Shown here: positions 28,359 to 38,263 of the stretch, piece after piece
Layout: each line of letters opens with the position of its first letter
Numbering within the stretch: the stretch's first letter is position 1
From: a virus
Virus record (IMG/VR): IMGVR_UViG_3300009164_000064
Coordinates: 1-64,000 of that record
Direction: 5' to 3' (one strand)
DNA length: 64,000 bases
Made by a program: the position numbers and the translations under genes
Notes under the pieces: model-generated
Database searches by the model: none
The model's input: only the letters and a program-made list of their open reading frames with translations
What the model was told of the DNA's origin: nothing

Positions 28359-29102
28359 TTATCCAACCATATCTGAAACAGGAAGTGAATAACTTGAAAT
28401 CATTTCTGCTTCCATTTTTTCAATTTCAGCCTGAGCATCATTGAAAATCTTTTCTCCATTAAACTGTACACCACCGGGTAATTGCATACCAGTAAACTTA
28501 GTAAGATTTGATCCCCACTGATACTTGATCTTAGCTGTGGCATAGTTTTGAAGCCAACGATCAGACCAAACTTGTGTGTATTCGTTTGGATCAACAATCT
28601 CATAGGCTTCGACTAGAAGATATTCACCAACATTAGTTTTTTTCCAATCCATATCAACATACAGACGATCCTTGTGTCGATTATAGCGAATTGGCTGTTG
28701 ACCAACAAGCAACTCTGCAATAAGAGAAAGGTGTTCCATGGCCATATAGTATGGAACCATAGAAACGCTTGTTAATGAATAAAGATCGTTTAGAGCAATC
28801 TGATATCTAATATTAAAAAGATCATCCGAACGAATGCTAGGATCAGCAATAGGAAATACTCTTACCGCACCAATGATATTTTCTGGTAAAGTAATGTATT
28901 TGTCTGCTACGTTATTTGCAGTTATTTGCTGCTTGTAGTAAATCTTCTCAGTACCATCAAAGTGATAATCCCAATAATAACGAAGAGTTTCATCAATACG
29001 ATCATCCACTTGATCATCATCGACATTAATTTCGATTACTGGCTTACCAAGCTTACGTAAGCAATATTCTTTGAATTCTGGTCTTGTTGTTGGAACTGCC
29101 AT
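28359..29102 (-). CDS. gp13: neck protein gp13
   Basis: YCLRKLGKPVIEINVDDDQ, QWGSNLTKF..LPGGV. Confidence 0.95.
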   Translation of the reverse strand: MAVPTTRPEFKEYCLRKLGKPVIEINVDDDQVDDRIDETLRYYWDYHFDGTEKIYYKQQITANNVADKYITLPENIIGAVRVFPIADPSIRSDDLFNIRYQIALNDLYSLTSVSMVPYYMAMEHLSLIAELLVGQQPIRYNRHKDRLYVDMDWKKTNVGEYLLVEAYEIVDPNEYTQVWSDRWLQNYATAKIKYQWGSNLTKFTGMQLPGGVQFNGEKIFNDAQAEIEKMEAEMISSYSLPVSDMVG

Positions 29103-29127
29103 TGCTTAATCCTACTTGGTTTTCTTA

Positions 29128-29135
29128 TATTTATT
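29128..29135 (-). promoter_or_regulatory. late promoter variant (AATAAATA) for gp13
   Basis: NATAAATA upstream of gp13. Confidence 0.55.
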
Positions 29136-29955
29136 CGAATGTATATCCGAATGTTTCCAAATCTTCAGCATATCTCTGTGTTATCAGATCATATGCTTCA
29201 TTGGTGTATTGAGTTTTATAGTCATCAACCGTTGCACTATTAATTTTTGTATCGTATAACTTGAACTTTTCGAAGTCTCCACCAATGTTATTGCAGATTG
29301 TCTCCATGGCATTTGTTCTGCCTTCATATTTAAAGACATTGCACACGACTGAATTACTCTCATCAACAAAATAAGATTTCTGTGTTCGAATATTACTATT
29401 TGGCCATACAACCGTATCACGAATATTGATAACCCAATCACTAAATGAAGTGCCTATGTTCAATTTTCTTTCATCAAAAACCAAACTGTTCATTTTGACC
29501 ATTAGACTATAGAGGCTATATTCTCTGTCATACGGATTTCTAACAAATCCAAAAACATAAGGATTTGTTAGTGAAATGTGTTGAGCGATTTCAATGTAGT
29601 TAGAATGCCTACTTCTTCTTTCTGGTATGTCTGATGGTATTCTCAGCGTCTTTCCTTCACAACATTTGTTTAAGAAAAGACTCAATCCAGTACCACTTGT
29701 TCTTGGATTATGGATGAATATATAAGGATTTTCTTCTCTATAAATGGCATTTCCAGTAATTGCAGCCGCAAAAGTTTCATTTTGTCTATTGAAAAAATTA
29801 ATTGCTGCTTCGATATTTTCGTCTTTCAACAGAATACCATTATCATCACAAATTGCAGGAATTGAAAAGTTTACTTCTTCGTATTTACTACGAATAGTTC
29901 CTTTAAAATGACCTGAGCCATCAGCAATAAGACTATAATTTAATACTGTTGTCAT
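29131..29955 (-). CDS. sulfotransferase-family protein with extra N-terminal domain
   Basis: FIHNPRTSGTG (5'-PSB-like) and FVRNPYDREYS (3'-PB-like) motifs of Sulfotransfer_2-type enzymes. Confidence 0.8.
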   Translation of the reverse strand: MTTVLNYSLIADGSGHFKGTIRSKYEEVNFSIPAICDDNGILLKDENIEAAINFFNRQNETFAAAITGNAIYREENPYIFIHNPRTSGTGLSLFLNKCCEGKTLRIPSDIPERRSRHSNYIEIAQHISLTNPYVFGFVRNPYDREYSLYSLMVKMNSLVFDERKLNIGTSFSDWVINIRDTVVWPNSNIRTQKSYFVDESNSVVCNVFKYEGRTNAMETICNNIGGDFEKFKLYDTKINSATVDDYKTQYTNEAYDLITQRYAEDLETFGYTFE

Positions 29956-32402
29956 GTAAATGTTACCACTTTTGTTGCGCCAGTAAATACATTTGATTCA
30001 CTTGTGAACCAAAGCCAAGATGTTGATGTTCCGCCTGAATAAATAGCATCAACTCGATTGAAAGCTGTATTACCAACAGTCATTGTGGTCCAGTTATTTG
30101 ATCCTGAACCATTTGCTGTAAATGTAACAGTATTACCGGCATAAAGTTCGTTATACTCAAAATACAAAGATTTAATTGCAGCACCAGAACTCACATTGAA
30201 TGTTCCATCACTGATTGAGCCATATGTAAAGTTTACTGTATCATATCCATAATAATATTGGTTATATGGAAAATAAAATGTTCCATATACAGTAGAACTA
30301 CCAATAGTAACGGTCTGAGTATCTAGAATAGCTTGTGTACCGTAGAAATTACGAAGACTGATAGTTCCGCTTGATGGTACAGAACCATATGTTCCAGTTG
30401 TATTAGCAGCGACATATGTACCACCAGCATAATATTCATTTATACTGATTGGGACACTACCACCAAATATTTGCTGAATATTGTAGAGCGAAATCGATCC
30501 ATTAGCAGTGTATTGTGGAAATGCGTATGGTACGTACTGGATGATTACAGCACCAGCAGCACCATTACCAGCAGCAGTAGTTGGACTACCACCACCGCCG
30601 CCACCGCCGCCACCACCAATAAATCCACCAGCAGCGCCCACACCAGCAGCAATACCACCACCACCGCCGCCACCAGAACCATATAAAGTTCCACCAACTG
30701 TATTTGCAAATTCTACTCCAGCGCCACCAACGGTAGCACTAGCAGTAGCTGTAGTTCCACCAAATCCACCAGAACTTGAGGCGGGTACTAAACCATCAAA
30801 GCCAAGACCACCAGTTCCCTGTAAACCAAATCCTAAGTTTGGTCCATTTACGCCACCACCTTGACCACCAACATAACCATATATATTGATACTTCCAATC
30901 TTGCCAACACCACCATCACTTAAAATAGAAGCACTCGAACCACCGCCACCGCCACAAGTAGCAGCAGTTCCAATACCATTACCACCAGCACCACCACTTT
31001 TCTTTGTGGTTCCTACGCCAGATGCAGCAGCACCGCCAGAGCCACCAGCCCCACCAGTACCAGCAGTTCCTCCACTACCACCTTTTGCAAGAACACCATC
31101 GGTAGATGATGATGGTACTGATGCAGAAACTCTACTCACCCAAGTATCACCACCAGAAGCACCAGAAGTATTATTTGCAGTAGCACCAGAACCACCAGCG
31201 CCAATTGAATAGTAAAGAGTGTTTCCGCCTGATAAGCCACCAATTAAATTCATGTCGGTCACACCAGATAGTGCACCACCGCCACCACCTGCACCGCCAC
31301 CAAAAGCAGCACGAGCACCACCACCACCAGCACCAAATGCCATGATAGTAGCGCCGCTATTAGTCCAATCATTTGGAACAGTCCAAGTTGATCCTGAAGT
31401 AATAACAACAGTTTTTATTTTTGGTAATGTTGTGTATGTAACAATGATACCACCGGAACCACCAGCCCCGCCATTAGCACTGGTAGAAGCACTAGTAGCA
31501 GAACCACCGCCACCGCCACCACCTGAACCTAGCATATCAGCAGCACCACCAGAATTAGGAGTAGAAGTTGATGTTCCACCACCACCACCGCCGCCGCCTG
31601 AAGTGCCAATTACACCACTAATTGTGCTAATAACTCCAGTGTTAGCGCCACCAGCGCCGCCCATGCCAGCATTTGTGCCACTGGTAGAACCACCGCCACC
31701 ACCACCGCCACCGCCTAGTGTTCCAGCAAAACCAGCACTAGTAGCAGCACCACCAGCAGCAGTACCAGCAATAAGATTTTGACCACCAGCACCACCTGAC
31801 GTTGACGTAGAGGAAGTACCAGCAGTTAGGTATCCACCGCCGCCGCCACCACCATAGCTTGATGCAGCACCACCAGCAGAACCAGTATATTCATTACTAC
31901 CAGCAGAACCGCCACCGCCACCACCATGAGAAGTTGATGTACCACCAGCGCCGCCTGATTTACTTATAACATAAAAGCCATTAGCAAAATTGCCACCTGC
32001 ACCACCAGTGCCATTTGAAGCACCACCACCACCTGATCCACCTTTAGCAAGTATGCCAGTATTATTTGATGTTGGTGGAGTATTAGTTGAGGTACTTGTA
32101 GAAGTATTCCAATTTACCCAAGTATCACCTCCTGCTGCACCATCAGTAGAATTTGATGATGCACCAGCGCCACCAGCGCCAATAGAATAATAGATAGGTG
32201 CGCCTGGCACTGCTGTAAATGATGATAATGACACAGCACCACCGCCACCGCCACCGCCACCAGTTGCAGAAGTTCCGCTAGTTCTTCTACCGCCACCACC
32301 GCCACCACCATAACAGTAGATAGACATTAAAGTAGTTGAATCATAGTCAGTAGGTACTTGCCAGACAGTTCCGCTACGTAGAAAGATATATTTTGTTGCC
32401 AT
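29952..32402 (-). CDS. glycine-rich fibre/adhesin-like virion protein
   Basis: Two copies of a SG..W.VP...GGGG...GGDTWV...LAKGG module with many poly-Gly runs, plus a C-terminal domain. Confidence 0.75.
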   Translation of the reverse strand: MATKYIFLRSGTVWQVPTDYDSTTLMSIYCYGGGGGGGRRTSGTSATGGGGGGGGAVSLSSFTAVPGAPIYYSIGAGGAGASSNSTDGAAGGDTWVNWNTSTSTSTNTPPTSNNTGILAKGGSGGGGASNGTGGAGGNFANGFYVISKSGGAGGTSTSHGGGGGGSAGSNEYTGSAGGAASSYGGGGGGGYLTAGTSSTSTSGGAGGQNLIAGTAAGGAATSAGFAGTLGGGGGGGGGSTSGTNAGMGGAGGANTGVISTISGVIGTSGGGGGGGGTSTSTPNSGGAADMLGSGGGGGGGSATSASTSANGGAGGSGGIIVTYTTLPKIKTVVITSGSTWTVPNDWTNSGATIMAFGAGGGGARAAFGGGAGGGGGALSGVTDMNLIGGLSGGNTLYYSIGAGGSGATANNTSGASGGDTWVSRVSASVPSSSTDGVLAKGGSGGTAGTGGAGGSGGAAASGVGTTKKSGGAGGNGIGTAATCGGGGGSSASILSDGGVGKIGSINIYGYVGGQGGGVNGPNLGFGLQGTGGLGFDGLVPASSSGGFGGTTATASATVGGAGVEFANTVGGTLYGSGGGGGGGIAAGVGAAGGFIGGGGGGGGGGSPTTAAGNGAAGAVIIQYVPYAFPQYTANGSISLYNIQQIFGGSVPISINEYYAGGTYVAANTTGTYGSVPSSGTISLRNFYGTQAILDTQTVTIGSSTVYGTFYFPYNQYYYGYDTVNFTYGSISDGTFNVSSGAAIKSLYFEYNELYAGNTVTFTANGSGSNNWTTMTVGNTAFNRVDAIYSGGTSTSWLWFTSESNVFTGATKVVTFT

Positions 32403-32533
32403 TACTTCTTATCTTCGCTTTTTGGTTGATATTTACATTCGTAAATTTTTCGATAAGTTTTTTCTAGAGCAATCGTGCTCCAAAATTTATTATCTATTTC
32501 TTTTATATCTTTGTCATACAATTTTTTAGTCAC
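32402..32533 (-). CDS. small hypothetical protein (43 aa, not in ORF track)
   Basis: GTG start overlapping the upstream gene end, TAATG coupling to the Gly-rich gene; MTKKLYDKDIKEIDNKFWSTIALEKTYRKIYECKYQPKSEDKK. Confidence 0.45.
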   Translation of the reverse strand: MTKKLYDKDIKEIDNKFWSTIALEKTYRKIYECKYQPKSEDKK

Positions 32534-33428
32534 TGATCACTCTTCTATATGCCTTGACAGTAATAATTTCTTTGGTATCGTAATTGAATGTGATGCCATA
32601 CGTCCATGTAAAACCAGGCTTATCTTCAACAGAAGTATATGGAATATTATGATGTGCACAGAAATCAATAATTTGATTTTCAGGAACAGTACAATAGCAA
32701 TCAATGTATGGTTCTACGGTGCCATCAATACGATGAAGTCTTGCAAAGAAAGCATTTTCAATATTTGGAATTACTGGTAATAAAGAAGCATCAAGTGATG
32801 TTCCTTTAAATACTACTTTCAACATAATTTCTTTTGTGACGATATTATGCTTTAATCCGTACCAACAGTACATATCTGGATACATCTCTTCAGTAACTTG
32901 GTACTTGGCTAGAAGTTCCTTTGACGGAAATGCCATTTCATACCAACTGATAGATTCATTTGTGTATGGAGGTCTATATCCATCATATGTACCAATAAAG
33001 TTTGTTGAAACACTTTCAAAATCTACATCAGAATCTGGAAAATTTTCTTTGAGTAGTGCTAAAACAGGTGCCGCTTCTGGTATAGAAATAGAAATATCTT
33101 CACGAACCATAACACCATTAACATACACATGATCGTGAATTTTAGCAGCTTCAGGATTTGCAGAAAAGGCTTGATTAATATTATCGCCAATAGTTGTAAC
33201 ATCAACCTGCACAGGCTCTGGAAATGGTTGTGGATTAGGATTATAGAATTCCGTACCATTCCAAACCCATCCTATATCACAAAATTTACCATCAGAAACG
33301 TCAACGAGATAGCATCCGTTTTGAGCAGGTTCAGTTGGTGGAGCAACAATGATGTTGACCACTACATTATCTTCAAGACGTACTACGGCTGAACGATCAT
33401 TCACAATTCCACCAAATTGATATTCCAT
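32526..33428 (-). CDS. hypothetical two-domain protein (N-terminal fibre-associated module)
   Basis: N-terminal VVNIIV...IGWVWNGTEF.NP module, Pro linker, then an unrelated domain; GGAG SD. Confidence 0.7.
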   Translation of the reverse strand: MEYQFGGIVNDRSAVVRLEDNVVVNIIVAPPTEPAQNGCYLVDVSDGKFCDIGWVWNGTEFYNPNPQPFPEPVQVDVTTIGDNINQAFSANPEAAKIHDHVYVNGVMVREDISISIPEAAPVLALLKENFPDSDVDFESVSTNFIGTYDGYRPPYTNESISWYEMAFPSKELLAKYQVTEEMYPDMYCWYGLKHNIVTKEIMLKVVFKGTSLDASLLPVIPNIENAFFARLHRIDGTVEPYIDCYCTVPENQIIDFCAHHNIPYTSVEDKPGFTWTYGITFNYDTKEIITVKAYRRVISD

Positions 33429-33462
33429 GTTTTATATTCTCCAAATATATTTCTATATCTAT

Positions 33463-33579
33463 TTATGCCTGAGCTTCTGACCATCTCAAAAGAACGTGAC
33501 CCTGAGCAGTACCTGTTGCATTATTGGCAACTGGTACTGAAATTGCAGATATTACGCTTTTCAATGTAACGTCAGCCAT
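33463..33579 (-). CDS. small hypothetical protein (38 aa, not in ORF track)
   Basis: MADVTLKSVISAISVPVANNATGTAQGHVLLRWSEAQA*, with AGGA SD; overlaps the end of the long fibre gene. Confidence 0.55.
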   Translation of the reverse strand: MADVTLKSVISAISVPVANNATGTAQGHVLLRWSEAQA

Positions 33580-36500
33580 TGTCCTGTTCCTTATTTATTA
33601 ATGCTTTAACAAGTTCTTTCAACTCATCAATCTGTGTCTGTTGATCCTTGATTGCTTCAATAAGAAGTGGTACAATGCGATCATATCTAACTGTTAGATA
33701 GTTTTCGCCTGTCTTGCTTCCACCATCCTTACCAATATCAAATGGAGCACGTGCAACAGCATCTGGAATAATCTTTTCAATTTCCTGAGCAATAACACCA
33801 TGTTCGTGGATTTGACCGGGAATAAAATCATATTTATCACAAAGTTCCTTATCCCAATCGAAGGTATAACCACCAATTTGTTGAATTTTCTTGATAGGTT
33901 CTTCAATTGGAGTAATGTTCTTCTTCAAACGTCTATCTGAAGAATATGCAGTGATGTTTCCTGTGTGTGTCAATCCAGTTGTATTAGCAGACATGTAGTT
34001 GGTTGTACCACCATACCATTTAAACTGTTCAGTATTAGTTTGAGTACCAAACCACATAGTACCGCTTTCAACACCAATAGCCATACCAGCAGATGATGCA
34101 CTGATGCTATCGTAAATAACAAGCTTTACGCCAGCACTATATGAAGTGAATGCAGGAGCAGCAACACCACCAGCACCCCACATGATACGATTTGAAGTAG
34201 CATTTGAAAAAACAATAGAATTTGCACCAACAGATGATGTAATTGTACCTGTCATAGTACCACCAGCAAGTGGTAGCTTAGTAGAGTCTGTCGCACTAGC
34301 AGCAGAAGCAACACTCAACTGGTTTTCATTTTTACCATAGGCATATGTCGCATTATTAGCAGTAAATGTTGTACCAGTTCCTGTTAATCCTGTACCAGCA
34401 CCAGTAAAACTTGTAGCACTAAATGCACCAGTGTATGTAAGAGCACCAGTTCCCGCTCTACCTAACTTACTAGTTGAATCGGCATTACCAAATATAATAT
34501 ATCCATTATTTGCACTTTGCTGTCCTCTAATAGACATTGTATCGGCAACATTAATATCACCAATCCAAACATCATCACCAACTTTAAAATTTGTACCACT
34601 ACCATTATTAGTTGCAGCTACAGTATCTGCCGTTAGTGTTGTAAAAGCACCAGTGTTTGCTACTGTTGAACCGATAGCACCAGCAGTTTCCCATCTTCTA
34701 CTAGCAAGATATGAAGCATTGTTGGCAGCGCCTGTAATATCAATACCCCACGTACCAGAAGCATTAGTACCTGTTGTTGATGGAGCACCCACTGTGTTAT
34801 AGCTGATCGTTACAGCAGCAGAACCATTAAATGTATTACCAGATGCTGCACCAGAACCGCCGTTATTAAATGTAACAGCGTTTGTTGTATTACCACTACC
34901 AGCAGAAACTGATCCCCAGAATACACCGCTGCCATTTGAGGTCAGAACAAGGCCATTAGCACCCAGAACGCCGTTAGCATAAATACCGCCCTTAAAGTTG
35001 GTATTGCCATTTAATACAGTGTTGGCAGAAGCAGTCAATGTAGTAAATGCACCAGTATTTGCTACTGTTGAACCAATGGCACCAGCAGTTTCCCATGTAC
35101 GACCTTGTAGATATGTCGAGTTATTAGCTGTTGCAGCAGTACCACTCAATGAGGCAGCAGTGGCAACTGACAACTGACTTTCCTGCTTACCATATGCATA
35201 TGATGCACTATTTGCATAGGTTGCATTATTAGCAGTTAAAGTACCAATCGTTGATGTATCGACAGTTCTTGTCCACGATCCACCATTATGTGCTTTATAC
35301 CAAAGACCATTGCTATCTGTTCCCATCAAAGAGAACCCTCTTGTAGCGACATCACCAGCACCCATACCAAACCAATAACCAATGGCTGTCATACCTGATG
35401 GAACATTTGTTGAGGATGATATGTTAACAAATCTTGTTTCATATAGTGATGGCTGAGTGTTTAGATCATATCCATAATATGTTCTACCACCATTCATTGA
35501 AGCATATGAAATAACTTGACCAGCAGTTGCTGTTACCGTATTAGCAACACCGCCAGATTGGTTTGTAGTAAGAGTAGTGAAAGCACCAGTGTTGGCTACT
35601 GTTGAGCCGATAGTACCAGCAGTTTGCCATGTTCTGTCTTGTAAATAATTTGCATTATTACCAGATGCGCCACCAGCAGAAACTGATCCCCAAAATACAG
35701 ATGTACCATTTGATGTTAGGACAAGTCCATTAGCACCAAGAGAATTATTAGCATATATACCACCAGCAAAAAAGCTGTTACCATTATGAACAGTATTTCC
35801 AGAAATAGTAAGGATAGTAAACGCACCAGTGTTGGCTGTTGTTGCGCCAATTGGTCCTTGGAAACCCGCACTTCCTATTGTTGCCCAAGAGGTTAATGCA
35901 GTTGAATCGCCTGTTTTTTGACCAAATACTATTGAATCTGATGTATTTGGAACACCGAGTTGGAACCCTGCATTCGTGATTGCCAAACGCAAAGTTGTAG
36001 TAACGCTGTCGGTAAACTTTGCTATAGTACTGCCATTGGTTGTGGCAGTTGGTCCTACAAAAGTAGGAACATTCGATAGTACCATACTTCCGGTTCCAGT
36101 GACCGAATTGGCTAAGGCAACACCCGCATATGTTAGAGCGCCATTCAGAGCAGTGTTAGCAGAAGCAGTAAGAGTTGTGAATGCACCAGTATTAGCTACT
36201 GTCGAGCCAATCGCACCAGCAGTTTCCCATGTTCTTGCTTGTAAGTATGTTGAGTTGTTTGCAGTTGCAACAGTGCCACTTACTGATACAGCAGACGCAA
36301 CACTTAGCTGACTTTCTTGCTTACCGTAAGCATACAACGAGTTATTCGCTGTAGTTGCAAAAGTAGCATTGGCCGCTATAGAAACTGATAACTGGCTTTC
36401 CTGCTTACCATATGCATATAGTGAATTATTTGCAGTTGTTGCAAAAGTAGCATTGGCAGATGTAGAGATTGAACCCCAGAATACAGATGTTCCGTTTGAG

Positions 36501-38263
36501 GTCAGAACAAGGCCATTTGCACCTAATGAGTTATTTGCATATACACCACCAGCAAAGAAGCTGTTACCGTTATGAATAGTATTGCCAGAAATTGTAAGAA
36601 TAGTATGTACTGCGGTATTAGCTACAGTCGATCCGATAGCACCAGCAGTTTCCCAGATACGTCCCTGTAGATATGTTGAGTTGTTTGCTGATGCAGCAGT
36701 ACCACTTATTGATACAGCAGACGCAACACTTAGCTGACTTTCTTGTTTACCATATGCATACAACGAATTATTTGCAGTTGTTGCAAAAGTAGCATTTGCT
36801 GCTATAGCAACTGATAGCTGACTTTCTTGTTTACCATATGCATATAGTGAGTTGTTAGCTGTGGTAGCAAAGGTAGCATTGGCCGCTGCACTTACAGACA
36901 ACTGGCTCTCTTGTTTTCCATAAACATATGATGCACTATTGGCATATAGTGCATTGTTCGCATTTGCCACAGTTCCTGAGATAGATGAAGCGTTTGCCCA
37001 ATAACTGGCAGTGCCGTTTGAGAACAATGCTTGACCAGATGTACCGAATGATCCATTAGCAACAACACCACCATTAAAATAACTATTACCATTATGAATG
37101 GTATTACCAGAAATTATTAATGTTGTAAACGCACCAGTATTTGCTACTGTTGAACCAATGGCACCAGCAGTTTCCCATGTTCTTGCTTGTAGATAGGTAG
37201 CATTATTAGCAGTTGTCGCTGTGCCAGAAGAGACTGATCCCCAAAATACACCAGTGCCGTTTGATGTTAGGACAAGTCCATTAGCACCAAGAGAACTATT
37301 TGCGTAAATACCACCATTAAAGAATGAATTTCCATTATGAATGGTATTACCAGAAATTATTAATGTTGTAAACGCACCAGTATTTGCTACTGTTGAACCA
37401 ATGGCACCAGCAGTTTCCCATGTTCTTGCTTGTAAGTATGTTGAGTTGTTTGCAGTTGCAACAGTGCCACTTACTGATACAGCAGACGCAACGCTTAACT
37501 GGCTTTCCTGCTTACCATATGCATAAATTGTATCATTTGCAGTTGTTGCAAATACTGCGTTAGCAACATACAACTGACTTTCTTGTTTACCATTAAAACG
37601 AAGAGCATTGTTAGCTGTGGTTGCAAAAGTAGCATTTGCTGCTATAGCAACACTTAACTGGCTTTCCTGCTTACCATAAACGTATAGCGAGTTATTCGCT
37701 GTTGTTGCAAAAGAAGAGTTAGCAACAGAGGAAACATTTGCCCAATAACTGGCAGTACCGTTTGAGAACAATGCTTGACCAGATGTACCGAATGATCCAT
37801 TAGCAACAACACCACCATTAAAATAACTATTACCATTATAAACAGTATTGCCAGAAATAGTAAGAGTTGTAAACGCACCAGTATTAGCTACTGTTGAACC
37901 GATAGCACCAGCAGTTTCCCATGTACGACCTTGTAGATAGGTAGCATTATTAGCAGTTGTCGCTGTGCCAGAAGAGACTGATCCCCAAAATACACCAGTA
38001 CCATTTGATGTTAGGACAAGTCCATTAGCACCAAGAGAACTATTTGCGTAAATACCACCATTAAAGAATGAATTTCCATTATGAACAGTGTTGGCAGTAA
38101 TAGTTAATGATGTAAAGGCACCAGAATTCGCACTGACACCACCACCCGTCACGAATAAACCGAGTGTGTTGCCTACTGTATTTAGTGCTGTGTTACCAAG
38201 AAACAAATAACCATCAATAGATGTATTACCATATACTCTTGTACCACCAAGTAATTTTGCCAT
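33572..38263 (-). CDS. long repeat-rich tail fibre with C-terminal intramolecular chaperone (peptidase S74-like)
   Basis: GKQESQL and WETAG repeats; C-terminal SSDRRLKKNI...GVIAQE...LLIEAIK plus coiled coil. Confidence 0.88.
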   Translation of the reverse strand: MAKLLGGTRVYGNTSIDGYLFLGNTALNTVGNTLGLFVTGGGVSANSGAFTSLTITANTVHNGNSFFNGGIYANSSLGANGLVLTSNGTGVFWGSVSSGTATTANNATYLQGRTWETAGAIGSTVANTGAFTTLTISGNTVYNGNSYFNGGVVANGSFGTSGQALFSNGTASYWANVSSVANSSFATTANNSLYVYGKQESQLSVAIAANATFATTANNALRFNGKQESQLYVANAVFATTANDTIYAYGKQESQLSVASAVSVSGTVATANNSTYLQARTWETAGAIGSTVANTGAFTTLIISGNTIHNGNSFFNGGIYANSSLGANGLVLTSNGTGVFWGSVSSGTATTANNATYLQARTWETAGAIGSTVANTGAFTTLIISGNTIHNGNSYFNGGVVANGSFGTSGQALFSNGTASYWANASSISGTVANANNALYANSASYVYGKQESQLSVSAAANATFATTANNSLYAYGKQESQLSVAIAANATFATTANNSLYAYGKQESQLSVASAVSISGTAASANNSTYLQGRIWETAGAIGSTVANTAVHTILTISGNTIHNGNSFFAGGVYANNSLGANGLVLTSNGTSVFWGSISTSANATFATTANNSLYAYGKQESQLSVSIAANATFATTANNSLYAYGKQESQLSVASAVSVSGTVATANNSTYLQARTWETAGAIGSTVANTGAFTTLTASANTALNGALTYAGVALANSVTGTGSMVLSNVPTFVGPTATTNGSTIAKFTDSVTTTLRLAITNAGFQLGVPNTSDSIVFGQKTGDSTALTSWATIGSAGFQGPIGATTANTGAFTILTISGNTVHNGNSFFAGGIYANNSLGANGLVLTSNGTSVFWGSVSAGGASGNNANYLQDRTWQTAGTIGSTVANTGAFTTLTTNQSGGVANTVTATAGQVISYASMNGGRTYYGYDLNTQPSLYETRFVNISSSTNVPSGMTAIGYWFGMGAGDVATRGFSLMGTDSNGLWYKAHNGGSWTRTVDTSTIGTLTANNATYANSASYAYGKQESQLSVATAASLSGTAATANNSTYLQGRTWETAGAIGSTVANTGAFTTLTASANTVLNGNTNFKGGIYANGVLGANGLVLTSNGSGVFWGSVSAGSGNTTNAVTFNNGGSGAASGNTFNGSAAVTISYNTVGAPSTTGTNASGTWGIDITGAANNASYLASRRWETAGAIGSTVANTGAFTTLTADTVAATNNGSGTNFKVGDDVWIGDINVADTMSIRGQQSANNGYIIFGNADSTSKLGRAGTGALTYTGAFSATSFTGAGTGLTGTGTTFTANNATYAYGKNENQLSVASAASATDSTKLPLAGGTMTGTITSSVGANSIVFSNATSNRIMWGAGGVAAPAFTSYSAGVKLVIYDSISASSAGMAIGVESGTMWFGTQTNTEQFKWYGGTTNYMSANTTGLTHTGNITAYSSDRRLKKNITPIEEPIKKIQQIGGYTFDWDKELCDKYDFIPGQIHEHGVIAQEIEKIIPDAVARAPFDIGKDGGSKTGENYLTVRYDRIVPLLIEAIKDQQTQIDELKELVKALINKEQDNG
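36997..38085. repeat. ~345-bp near-identical direct repeat pair (36997-37341 / 37741-38085) plus 103-bp exact repeat (37089-37191 / 37332-37434)
   Basis: Manual alignment of the DNA; offsets 744 and 243 bp, both in frame. Confidence 0.85.

Noticed and set aside
30471-32190. Pro-rich plus-strand ORFs
   Set aside because: Antisense shadows of the Gly-rich (GGT/GGC) gene; no SD or promoter
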